Virus record (IMG/VR): IMGVR_UViG_3300008255_000288
Span: 1-34,749 of that record
Length of the DNA: 34,749 bases
From: a virus
Lineage: Duplodnaviria; Caudoviricetes
Direction: 5' to 3' (one strand)
Shown: positions 7,295-17,600 of the stretch, piece after piece
Numbering within the stretch: position 1 is the first letter of the stretch
Layout: each line of letters opens with the position of its first letter
Notes under the pieces: generated by a model
The model's database searches: none
The model's input: only the letters and a program-made list of their open reading frames with translations
What the model was told of the DNA's origin: nothing
Position numbers and translations under genes: made by a program

Positions 7295-8055
7295 TAGCTC
7301 ACCTTGACTACATTGTTCACGACTGTCCAGTTAATCGTGTTTGCGGCATTCTGTCCGGTCAAAGTGAACTGAACAGAATTTGAATTCGCTGCGACCGCTA
7401 CTGTCCACGGTTGAGTAGACGCTGCGCCTTCGAGGGCCACGGTGGTGATTGACGGTGTTCCGACAATTGCAACTCCGGCTGCGCCTGCACGACGAGCTCC
7501 GCCGATCACGTTGAACACTCCGGTATCAGTTCCGGTCGTTGCATCTCGGCCTACCACTTGTGCTGAAAAATTCCATGCGGTAGATTCTTCCATAACAAAG
7601 AGTGTGGTATTTGACGGCGTTCCTGAAGATGTGCTGGTTGTTCCTACCAACTGTTCAACGGCCGTTGGATCAGGGGGACCAACAACGATCCAAACCGATC
7701 CGTTATAAACTTCAAGTTTGCCTGACACGGTGTTGAAGTACAAATCTCCTACGCTAGGCGATGAAGGAAGCGAAGTATTAACATATTGCACCAACTTCCA
7801 AGTCGCCGGTGATTCATTAATACAAACTCGAAGTTTGCCGTCTGACTTATTATAGTAAGTCTGGCCAACCAACGGATTCGTCGGTGCTGTGGTATTTGCG
7901 AAGTTTTCCATGAGATGCAAGAAATCTTCGTTTTGTACTTCGCCATACCCAGCGAGCTTTCTACCGACGAACTTGACAGAATAGTTGGTGTCGATTGTGT
8001 TATCAGCGACCGAGGTGAGCAAACTTCCATCTGTTCGGTTAATATTATATGCCAT
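7294..8055 (-). CDS. Tail fibre / baseplate-associated protein (253 aa)
   Basis: MAYNINRTDG...VGRK..GYGE.QNEDFLHLMENFA...PTNPLVGQ N-terminal domain characteristic of jumbo myovirus fibre proteins; GDLYFNT...LEVYNGSVW motif. Confidence 0.8.
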   Translation of the reverse strand: MAYNINRTDGSLLTSVADNTIDTNYSVKFVGRKLAGYGEVQNEDFLHLMENFANTTAPTNPLVGQTYYNKSDGKLRVCINESPATWKLVQYVNTSLPSSPSVGDLYFNTVSGKLEVYNGSVWIVVGPPDPTAVEQLVGTTSTSSGTPSNTTLFVMEESTAWNFSAQVVGRDATTGTDTGVFNVIGGARRAGAAGVAIVGTPSITTVALEGAASTQPWTVAVAANSNSVQFTLTGQNAANTINWTVVNNVVKVS

Positions 8056-8094
8056 TAGTTACCATCCTTTTCCCAAGTCGAACTTCCTGTAATC

Positions 8095-8100
8095 TATTTA
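8095..8100 (-). promoter_or_regulatory. Late promoter core TAAATA overlapping the stop of the Hef-like gene
   Basis: CAA TAA ATA: the TAA stop is the first half of TAAATA, about 40 nt upstream of ATG 8055. Confidence 0.55.
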
Positions 8101-9939
8101 TTGAATTTTCGTAGAGATCATCAAATGTGACTCAGGTTCCCAAATGAATTTCAAACTCCCACAATCCCAAATCCTAGAATATCCGCGTTCTTGCATTATT
8201 TCCCATTCGGACTTATTATCGTCAAATCCGGCTTCGATTAATCGATCTTTTCGATACTTGAATCGATTTTCTCGCTTCGAATGGAATGCACTCAAATACC
8301 AATAATTCGGTTCGGTACGATGGATAAACCTAAATCCAAGTTTTTTGTATACCTCACCAGTCCCCCAACGCAGATCACAATAAGAAATAACAGAAATCGG
8401 GTTATACTCTTTTCGAAATTTAGAAAATAACCTAGATGCAATTCCGGGAATATTGCTCTTCGATGCAAAACGCAAAAGCTCAAAATTCCCGTGCTCAGCT
8501 ATCGAACCCAACGCTTTTCGTTTATTACCAAATGTCATCACCGCGACCAATTCATTCGCATAAAATGCACCGAATCGAATTTTGGCGTTAACGTTTCCTT
8601 GGATATGATTTTTTTCAAGAAAATCTCTTGATTCGATTGAAGAAATTTCTTCAATTCTAGTTTGGCGAGCTCCGCAAATCCTTTCATCGAAACCTAAAAT
8701 ATGACGCAACCGGTTTTTAACTATCTTCGACTTTTCGTTTAGTTCATCTTCGAATATCGTTATTAATCGAATTCCTTTTTCCTGACATAATTTCTGTTTT
8801 TTAGCATGCTGAGTTCTAGCTTTTGGATTGCCGAAATCAGCGTGCCAATAAAGACCGCATGTCTCAATCGCAATGCCGTATTTCGGCAAAAAGAAATCCA
8901 ATTCTAACGGTTTTATTTCTGTTCGGTCACGAAGTTTGATTTCATCACGATCGATAAATTCCAACAACATGTCTAAAACAAGTTGCTCGGTTGAATATAG
9001 ATGTTTTTCGAATTCAATTCCGGCCCTTTCTAAGGCAGAGTAAATGACCGCATTAGGAAGATCATATTTTTCTCGAATTCCATTGAATCCCATATTACTA
9101 AAATCTAACTTGATTTGCTCCATGTTTTCTAGAAATAAATTCGCTTCTTCAGAGTATTCCCTACGTTTGAAATGCGGAGCGTTATATCGACTCCAGCAAG
9201 TTAATCGATTTTTATTTTTGACTTCTTCGCTTTGCGATGCATACTCAACACCGAACCTATCCAGGCAAGTTTGTCTCATCTTTTGACGAATATCACTTGA
9301 TTGCAAAGCATTTTCAACACCGTGCCGATCTTTCATTGTTTTAATAAATTCATTACGACGCATAAATGGAGTATAATGTTCGCCGTAAGTGGATTTCAGG
9401 GTTTCGACCGTCTTAGTTCGAATTTCACGATTTTGTTGCGGATGCTCGACACCGTACCGTTGCATACAAGTTTCGCGTTTTTTTTGATGTTCAGCATCTA
9501 TTTCGTTTTTTGTTTTTTCTTCATATTTTTGTTTTTTTTGAGCACGAACATGTTCGATTTGCGAATTGAATTCTACACCATATTTGTTCTTGGTTGTTTC
9601 TTTTCTTTTTTGATTTGCTTTATTCAGTTGTTCAGGCGTCATAGCTTTTTTAGCTTGACTTATTTTGGTAGAATGATTGAGCTTAGCACACATGCACTTG
9701 GTTGGCCTACCGCATGATTTCAAATAACCAGTCGCAAATGAATCGAATTTGAATTTATTCCCGTTCGGGCACAACCTCTGCGATGAATCATTCAAGATAT
9801 TCCACACTCTTTCGGATATTGTCGATTTTTCAGGGAGGAAATCTGTTTTTTCCAGAATCCAAGCAAGCAAAGCGGGGTTTTTGCTGATCGTGGCTGAAAA
9901 ATTTTTGTTCTTTAGATAATTATTCAATAAATCTTCCAT
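8098..9939 (-). mobile_element. Hef-like free-standing homing endonuclease: Cys-rich N-terminus, KYG repeats, Vsr/DUF559-like nuclease, Mom-like GNAT C-terminus
   Basis: PLELDFFLPKYGIAIETCGLYWH...GIRLITIFEDE nuclease; FLEKNHIQG...ELLRFAS..GIASRLF...ISYCDLRWGTG.VY..LGF C-terminal domain. Visibly AT-rich and interrupts a structural operon. Start moved from 9951 to ATG 9939 (RBS GAGGAG). Confidence 0.8.
9166..9609 (-). repeat. About six 21-23 aa T...[KR][YFH]G repeats in the coding sequence
   Basis: KNKYGVEF, MQRYGVEH, KSTYGEHY, KDRHGVEN, LDRFGVEY, WSRYNAPH; spacings 42, 23, 21, 23, 23 aa. Confidence 0.85.
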
Positions 9940-9969
9940 ATAACTCCTCAAAATTGAGGAATTACACGA
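9936..9969 (-). promoter_or_regulatory. RNA hairpin sequestering the RBS and AUG of the Hef-like gene
   Basis: mRNA UCGUGUAAUUCCUCA-AUUU-UGAGGAGUUAUAUGG: 15 consecutive pairs (4 G-U) around a 4-nt loop. Confidence 0.8.
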
Positions 9970-10549
9970 GCTGATTCCTCAAAGAATAAACGATCTCTAT
10001 CTCTCTATTTAGTGACTTCTGGATTGGATGAAAGATTACATGCGTAATCATATTTCCGGCATAATCCTTCAGTCCAATTTCATCAAATACAAAGGTACTT
10101 TCAGTAGACGAAGCCGTATCAAAGTTATCCTGACCAGATGGCTCGCCAAAATCTAAGGTTGTCGTGATAACGATATCACTGAATAGGTTACCTGAAACGT
10201 GACTCACTTCCATTTTGTTATTTTCTGGATCTGGGTTACTGATGTTTTCATCATCGACAATCTTCGAGTACGTGGCATTGTAAAGGTCGGCTGATTGTCC
10301 AATTGTGTTTGCTGGAAGATAGGTAATTTCTCCAATACCGTTCACAGTTGAACCACCGTTTCCATAGTAAATTCTCTCTATCGGGCCATTCGATTTGTTT
10401 GCTAATGATCTCGCAACAGCAAGTGAGTAGTTTTCAAAATGTATGCTGTTAAATTTATCAAGCAAAACCTCACCGGTTTGTTTGTCTCGAATTAAGACAT
10501 GCCCAGTGACTTTAATATTTGCTCGCTCATTCGGTTTCCTGTCACCCAT
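9962..10549 (-). CDS. Conserved baseplate/virion structural protein
   Basis: GHVLIRD..TGEVLLDK.NSIHFEN, LDFGEPSGQ, FVFDEIGL and THVIFHPIQKSLNR.IEIVY motifs. Start moved from 10594 to ATG 10549 (AAGGA RBS, downstream of TAAATA). Confidence 0.75.
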   Translation of the reverse strand: MGDRKPNERANIKVTGHVLIRDKQTGEVLLDKFNSIHFENYSLAVARSLANKSNGPIERIYYGNGGSTVNGIGEITYLPANTIGQSADLYNATYSKIVDDENISNPDPENNKMEVSHVSGNLFSDIVITTTLDFGEPSGQDNFDTASSTESTFVFDEIGLKDYAGNMITHVIFHPIQKSLNREIEIVYSLRNQLV

Positions 10550-10584
10550 TTCATTTCCTTCCTTACCAGAATTCTCAGTCATTT

Positions 10585-10590
10585 TATTTA
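10585..10590 (-). promoter_or_regulatory. Late promoter core TAAATA
   Basis: ggTAAATA between the stop at 10597 and ATG 10549. Confidence 0.6.
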
Positions 10591-10596
10591 CCATTT

Positions 10597-13500
10597 TTAG
10601 TCCGATCGATTTCCTGGTGATTTTCTTAAGAAGTTTGATATTACATCGTCACTTGTTTGAATAGAATCAGGGATCACCAATTTTCCTGTATCCGGCCGGT
10701 TTTGTATTCTAAGGAGTGATCCGACTGTTGGTGTTTGCCCCGTCTTGAATTTAATTTGACGACCGAACACATCGTAATCGACTCCTTGTGTCTTGAGTTC
10801 TTGTTTCGACCCCACAATAATCTTTCCTGCTGCATATGAGATGGTGGGCGAAATACCAATCAAATCTCGTGTGAGATCACCTAAAATATGTGCGCCTGTT
10901 ACGCTTGGATCATAATAACCAAATTCAATTCTTTCCTGGTCGATCCACAGTTTTCCAGTCGTTGTTGACCTGGTTCCTTGTGCCTGAAGAATAGTACCAT
11001 TCATGACCAGAACCGTCGATGCAACCGAAGATGAAATACCAAGTTCAGTCAACCCGGTCCCTACTATGTTAGCAAGGGTGATCGCACCAGCTTCCAAGTG
11101 GATGATTTGCAATCTATCATCTTTTTCACGAGCTCGAATGTTATCAATTGATGCATTGTTGATATCACTTACCACATCGGCTAATGTGGTACCTGAAAAA
11201 ATTACAGAAGTTCCATTAATTGAAATTCCTTCTGTGCCACCTGCGGTGACTACAGGAGTCGTGACCGTACCGGTTATCTGGCCACCGTATAAATCTTGAA
11301 GTGCATAACCTGAACTATTTTCAATTACGAGTGAACCCCCACCAGTATGTGCGATTGAAAGTACATCTGCTGTTACTGACGCCGAAAGTCCCTTAGCTGC
11401 CAAAGTGGAAACAGCTTCAAGATTTGCTTCTACCGAAGCAGCATCGGTTCCGGTTAGTGTCACGAATTCATAAGGTAATCCGTTTAATTGAACACGCAAG
11501 ATATCTCCTGCGAGAATTGAACCAGTTGGGGCTGCAACATCAGAAATCAAAGTTGTGGTTCCGGGAAGAGTAAACACACTTGAATCTGCTACGGTAATCG
11601 TTTCGTCAGATACATTCAATGCTGTGACCAAGGAAGTTGCTTCCTGAACCCAAACACGGACTTCAGAAGCATCCCTAAATTCGCCGAGAATAGTGTGTCT
11701 GAAGATTCCAGAATTCTGGACACGATAATTGATTCTTGAGTTTCGTTCAACTTCAATTTTCTTCGGCATAAGTTGCTTTCTAGATGCATCCACGACAGCG
11801 GTCCCGGCGACGTGAGTTAATCCCATTCCAGTTGCATTCGATCCAGGTCGCAAATTCTGCAATTTGTGCGGATGCGATGAATAATCAACCGACCAGAACT
11901 CAATTAATTCACCGTTTATATACACTCTACCCGGAATTCGTTCTGCTGCAGGAACCGTTGTTGGGGATGGTTGCCCGAGAACGGCGGCATCATTAACCAA
12001 AATCTCTGAATCAATTCCTGATCGATAATCGAATATAAGTTCAGTTGTATTCTTGTCTGAAATTCTTAAGAACTCAAAATCACCCTTCGGTGTTTTGGTC
12101 ATTCTAAATGACGCAGGGCGTGACGCGGTGCGTTCTGTAAGGTATGAGATTTGAATGATTGAGTTTGTATGATCTAATGCATCATCTAAGAATCGAATTG
12201 TTCTCGTATCAAACGGAATCGAGGCGGTTTCATAAACGTAATCAATGCCTTCATGTTGAAGAATTCCGTTATAATAAACTGCAATTTCATCAGTTCTGTT
12301 TGGAATTCCACCAACATCATATTCATGAGAAACCGTACCTTTATAGCATTCAGTTCTCAAACCCATACTGAGGTCTTCAGGGAATGTTACCAAACGAACC
12401 GGTGCTGGTTCAGCTAATCCACTTTCTAGGAGCAAACGAGTTCCGTTTTCAAGGAGCAATGCACCAGTTCCATCTTCCAAAGTCAAATAATCTTCGCCCA
12501 CCAAATTGAAAGTGTCGTTTGTATCGGTTGTGGTAGTCAGGATGAAATCTGCCAAATCATTCACAATGATAATAATTTCTAATCCAAGAGAAGGAACAGT
12601 ATTGAATACAATATCAGATCCACTCACAGTGTAATCATCACCCACACCTTCAACTTGCAAAATTCCATCCAAATAAACTTCATATGAAGACGGAGCCAAC
12701 CCGTAACTCGTCGGATAGGTATCTTCTCCAGCCCTTGCCAGATGAACTTTGGTTAATGGCGGGTCTAAACGCTTTAAGGATGTCATGTCCCATGCTTGAA
12801 TTCCCATATAACCGGGAAGAGTGCTTGACGGCGGATTATCCATAACAAGACTTGCGGTTGTTTCATCTTGCACATGAACCGTCGTGAAAGTGGTATCCGC
12901 GTATACAGTGATCGTGACCGTTGACCCGGCGGCAACAGCAGGAGAATCAATCGTTACCGACGTTCCAGAAACAGAAGTAGAAGCAATCTTACCATTCACA
13001 GTTGCAAAAACATAATTCGGATCGGTGATCGATACTTCCATATCAAAAACAGTTGCTCCGGTATCGTAAAAAGTTTTTCTTTTCTGAATAGGTGCTCCAC
13101 CAAAACCATAATGGATGAAATCAACTTTTGCAGAAGCCACCGGAGGTGTGAGCAAAGTTACCCTAGGATTGGTAACATGATCATCGCGCTCAGAAATGTC
13201 ATCATAAATCGGGTCAGTCCACACAACTGTAAAGTCTGAATCAATTGATTGGAGTAAACCGTCGACAAAGACAAAAAGAGCTTCCTCAGATTGTGGACGG
13301 TAACTCAATTCAACCGCATTGGGCACTTCTCGCTTGTAGAACGATTCGCGAGAGAATGCAGGGCCGCCGCCAGTTGACAATGATAAATCTTCTTCTGCTA
13401 AATCGTATCCTAGCGTATCGTACGGAGTTTCATCAAAACCGGGATCAGATCCCAACACCTGAGCTTGGTTGGTGTACACTCGAATGTCGATGTTTTCTAA

Positions 13501-14589
13501 AACTCGAATTGGAGAAAGCTCTTGCGGATGGTTACGATCCCAATGCGGTCGCATAAATCCTTCACCATCCAATAGAATATCTTCAGTTCCGAATGTCGGA
13601 TCCCAGTCTTGATTCGACACGTATAGCTTGTCATAAAGATAATCGTAGTCAATTACCACAATATGAACGATTACTCCAACAGGTGGCGGGGAAGCAAAAA
13701 CCACATTCAATCCATCAACTTCATATTCATCTTCAGTTAATGCAGTTGATCCATCAGCCTGAATGTAATAAACCCAAACCTTCTGAGTTTGGAAAGGTAC
13801 GAACGGCAGAGGAAATGTGACTGATGAGGCCGGTGCAGGGACCGGCTCATCAACCGACCCCCAATCTAAGGTTTCAGTAACAGCTGCGTTTGTAAATCCA
13901 TAATCTTCTGAATCAGTAGCAGCATCAACCAACAACCCATAATCAGTAAACGGTAAAGTTGGCGAGCTAGAGATTTCATAAAATGCTTCATTATAAGGAA
14001 TATCGTAGCCAAATTTCTCAAAGAATTGAGAATCGTATCCAATTTCATCAATGTTAATTTCCCCACCAGAAACTAACAGTCCTTTGAACTCACAATCCAT
14101 AAGTTCTTCTAGTGCTTTCTTTTCATCTCCGGAGCCCGGTTCATAATAAATTGAAATCCGATTTGCTGCATTATTCAAGTTCGCAAGATTCACATCAAAA
14201 TTGTCATAGCCAATTTCTTCAATGTCGGCATCAAGCTCAAAGTCAAATCCCTGGGTGTCGTAGCCGGGAAGATCTGGCTCGCACGAAACTCTATCAAAAT
14301 GAAGTGTAATTTTCGGATTGACAATTTCAACCACTTCAATGCTTGCATCTTCTCGAGTTGCAGACTGCTGTTCTGTCAAACCACTAAAATTGGTGTGAAA
14401 TGGTTTGGTTTCATTAAGATATTCGAGGATGTTATCAATTTGGTCAACGGTGTCAATTGGAGATTGTTCTAGAACAGCATTAAACCCCTTGACAAAAATC
14501 AAGCTGGTTTTGAATGCCCAATCAATTTCCGGTTGTTCATCTAGAACATGACGAAGCATCGAAAAGAAAATTTGGTTCTGGTGACTCAC
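10597..14589 (-). CDS. Large baseplate-associated structural protein, VrlC-like (1330 aa)
   Basis: GTG start with GGAGA RBS. EQ..IDW.FKTS and YLNETKPFHT motifs, repeated V..DG.LQ....DY modules, G.V.I..E.IEF modules; very acidic. Confidence 0.8.
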   Translation of the reverse strand: MSHQNQIFFSMLRHVLDEQPEIDWAFKTSLIFVKGFNAVLEQSPIDTVDQIDNILEYLNETKPFHTNFSGLTEQQSATREDASIEVVEIVNPKITLHFDRVSCEPDLPGYDTQGFDFELDADIEEIGYDNFDVNLANLNNAANRISIYYEPGSGDEKKALEELMDCEFKGLLVSGGEINIDEIGYDSQFFEKFGYDIPYNEAFYEISSSPTLPFTDYGLLVDAATDSEDYGFTNAAVTETLDWGSVDEPVPAPASSVTFPLPFVPFQTQKVWVYYIQADGSTALTEDEYEVDGLNVVFASPPPVGVIVHIVVIDYDYLYDKLYVSNQDWDPTFGTEDILLDGEGFMRPHWDRNHPQELSPIRVLENIDIRVYTNQAQVLGSDPGFDETPYDTLGYDLAEEDLSLSTGGGPAFSRESFYKREVPNAVELSYRPQSEEALFVFVDGLLQSIDSDFTVVWTDPIYDDISERDDHVTNPRVTLLTPPVASAKVDFIHYGFGGAPIQKRKTFYDTGATVFDMEVSITDPNYVFATVNGKIASTSVSGTSVTIDSPAVAAGSTVTITVYADTTFTTVHVQDETTASLVMDNPPSSTLPGYMGIQAWDMTSLKRLDPPLTKVHLARAGEDTYPTSYGLAPSSYEVYLDGILQVEGVGDDYTVSGSDIVFNTVPSLGLEIIIIVNDLADFILTTTTDTNDTFNLVGEDYLTLEDGTGALLLENGTRLLLESGLAEPAPVRLVTFPEDLSMGLRTECYKGTVSHEYDVGGIPNRTDEIAVYYNGILQHEGIDYVYETASIPFDTRTIRFLDDALDHTNSIIQISYLTERTASRPASFRMTKTPKGDFEFLRISDKNTTELIFDYRSGIDSEILVNDAAVLGQPSPTTVPAAERIPGRVYINGELIEFWSVDYSSHPHKLQNLRPGSNATGMGLTHVAGTAVVDASRKQLMPKKIEVERNSRINYRVQNSGIFRHTILGEFRDASEVRVWVQEATSLVTALNVSDETITVADSSVFTLPGTTTLISDVAAPTGSILAGDILRVQLNGLPYEFVTLTGTDAASVEANLEAVSTLAAKGLSASVTADVLSIAHTGGGSLVIENSSGYALQDLYGGQITGTVTTPVVTAGGTEGISINGTSVIFSGTTLADVVSDINNASIDNIRAREKDDRLQIIHLEAGAITLANIVGTGLTELGISSSVASTVLVMNGTILQAQGTRSTTTGKLWIDQERIEFGYYDPSVTGAHILGDLTRDLIGISPTISYAAGKIIVGSKQELKTQGVDYDVFGRQIKFKTGQTPTVGSLLRIQNRPDTGKLVIPDSIQTSDDVISNFLRKSPGNRSD

Positions 14590-14614
14590 AATCTATCTCC
14601 AAGTATCTAATCGA

Positions 14615-14620
14615 TATTTA
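14615..14620 (-). promoter_or_regulatory. Late promoter core TAAATA inside the 46-nt gap between the two giant ORFs
   Basis: About 25 nt upstream of GTG 14589, the same spacing as at other late genes. Confidence 0.65.
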
Positions 14621-14635
14621 TCAATTTCAAGAAGC

Positions 14636-17600
14636 TTACTCATCGAAGTAATCAACGAGTTTTCCAACTGCGATTTTATTCTCGAGTTCGAGGTCACTGT
14701 CTGCTAAATCGAATGAGTAAACCGCATCGTTCAATTGAATTGTCCCGTCTTGAATAGCAACGGTGTTCCAGAAAACTCGAACGCCGTCATCTTGATATTG
14801 AGACCAAACCCAACGTCCTTCTCCATTATCTAAAACGAGAACAATGTGACCTTGGGGATGAGCGGCGTTATGTGCTTCGATTACCGAATTAGGGTGCGAT
14901 GCATCTCGATCAGCAATAGTTGCAAAAATCGTGGTTGGTGGCACTTCTCTACTCACACCTTCTCCGGAATCGGCTCCGCCGAGAGTCTCTAAATCTGGAT
15001 CATACCAATCTTCATACGACCAAAAATTCTGCATATCGTATTCTTCTTTATCAAGAAGTGTAAATGTATTTCCATCCCAGGACCAATGTGTCCATTTGTT
15101 CTTATCCTGTTCATCTTCTAGAATCAAAACAGTCATTCCGGGGTCAAACAATGGGTTCGTTGTCAAAAGGTCACGTTCAACTCTTGAGTTCACTTGAAAA
15201 TCGAAATCGGTCGGTTCCGGATCCTTGGCTAGGAAAGTGCTTTCCCAGTCCGGATCATTGTCCACAATATTCTCTTGAAGTAACAGTCTATTTGCAGCAT
15301 TGATGAACGTTCTGCGTGCATTTTCTCGATCCTTGAACATAGACTGCCGAGGCCTAATTTTCACACCATAACGTCTTGATTCATTTAGGTTAATATCAGG
15401 AAGACTGAGTCCTGTTGCATCCTCTCCTATCAAACTCTGACGAAGTTTACTCCAGATCGAAGGCGTAATTGTATCATCACTTCCTTCCCTAACCAATGCC
15501 CATTCTTTATGGACATTTTCGTCATCCTCCGGACGCTTTCTAAAATTGAGCTGAACAATAACGTCATCGTTCGTGATAATGTTTGTTGCATTTCCGATAA
15601 GGAACGAACTCTCATCAAATCCATCCGATGAAACGACATCAATTGGTGAAAAATACAGAATACCCGCTTTCTGCGGCGAGTCAATGATTGCAGATACTTC
15701 AAATGCGGAACGTGATCTGAAAGGCTTATTTGGACGGAATCGTGGATTGAGTACCCAGAAATAATAGAATGTGCGATTCTGTTGACTTGTTTTGTCGAAT
15801 TCCACGCTTTCAACCCAAGCAGGGTTCGATGCATTTTTAACAGTTCCTGAAGGCAAGTAATCACTGCTCGCGTTAGAAGCTTGCTCAACCACATATTCAT
15901 CCCAGCCAGAAGGAGGAACAGGAGATCGAGTCCATTCGTATATATCTATTGAGGAACCGGTTAGTTTTCTACCCCAATACTTTCTTCGATATGATAGATC
16001 GCCTTGTTCGTAATCTAGGTAACGAACCGCGTTCAAGTCCCACCAAAGCCTTCCAGTCTGTTCAATTCCCCAAGCATTATCGGTGTTCTGGACCACACCC
16101 GTTTCGTCGCCGTTTGTGTAAACAGCTGGGTCAATTTCTAACGTATAAAATAGTTCACTTGTTGCGATGCCTGGAATAACCTTCTTGATTGGATCCCATG
16201 TTGAAACCTGATTTATGGTATCGTTTGTGAGGGCGTCAAACAAGAACACGGATTCAATGATAGGCGTATCAATTCTATCAAGCTGATATCGTACCAAATC
16301 CCATGTGGTACCATTGTATGAATAAACTGACCAGAGTTTTCTTCCAACTGCTGTGACCGGAAGGCCGAGATTGCTTTCCAAATCTGGATCAACAAAAATC
16401 TTATCTCCCAGGACCCATCCATCGATTGGTACAGATGAGCCGACTGCCGATACAGCGGGTCTTCTCATTGAATTCCAACCATAAAAATCAGGACCTGCGC
16501 CAGGACCAGTATATGACGACGCAAATCCAAGCTCGGTTGCAGATGTTCCGGCAAAGGTTATTGATCCGCCGTTTAAGGCTTTGAACGTTAGGATTCCATC
16601 TTCATCTGAAAATTCAATGTCAGGAAAGACACCAACAGAAATCTGCGAAACAACGTCAGCATGCGATACCACAGCTTTATATTCAGCTTCAAGGCCAAGA
16701 ACGGCGGCGGCCGTGCCGGATACTGCAATAATTGATGTACTCGGATAAGCAAAGGAAATAGTGGAATCAGATGCTTCTGTTGCCTGCTGACCGACGGCAA
16801 CCATTTCAGCAACGATCTGTGTTAATGTTCGTGCTGCGTATGATGATTGGAATCCAAAATCAATCGACGGCGTTCCGGTACCGTTTGTCATTGAAATCGA
16901 ACCGCCATCTTTCTTCTCGAGTTGAATTTTACCAGATGAAACCGATGCTTCAATAACCGCAATATCCACCGCTGCGTTGATATCAGAAACGTAATCAGCT
17001 GTAGTCTTGCCAGCCGTCACGATATCAAACCCGAGAATTTCGATTGCATCTTCGGTAGCATCGATGTTATAGACATAAATGTCTCCACCGGTCCCGTGAA
17101 TAATCTGGACTGCACCCCCGACTACAGCAGCCGTGATATCTGCGATTGCTGCCGTAGTGATATCGTTTACAATAGCGGCTGCATCACCCGCTCCTGTGAA
17201 CACAACCGCGGTTCCGTTTATGTTGATACCGTTGAAAGTATCAACGGTGACGACTGGGCTCATGTTCGTTCCAGTAAGTGCAGTGTTCGCTGCAAGTCCG
17301 AGTTGTTCGAGCGGATCTTCTGTCGTTCCGATTGAACGTAGAGTAATGTCTTGATCACCGAGATTCCAAAGACGAAGTTGGGTGTTCCCGGTTCCGGTTT
17401 TATCAGCAAAAATTCGGCTGATGTTTGCTGCATTAATGTTTGCAACAATCGAGTCCAAATTCCCTGCACCGGTCCAAATCACATCGGTTCCGTTTATATA
17501 AATTCCATTCGTGCCATCAACAACGACAGTTGGATTAATTACCGATCCTACCACATTGGTATGATAAAAATTAATTGGATAATCATCGAGAGTGAGTGAT

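Noticed and set aside
14590-14641. T4 gene 60-style translational bypass across the 46-nt gap
   Set aside because: Neither GAG nor GAT (the last sense codons) has a matching in-frame landing codon after the TAG. No take-off hairpin is visible, and a normal promoter, RBS and GTG explain the downstream gene.
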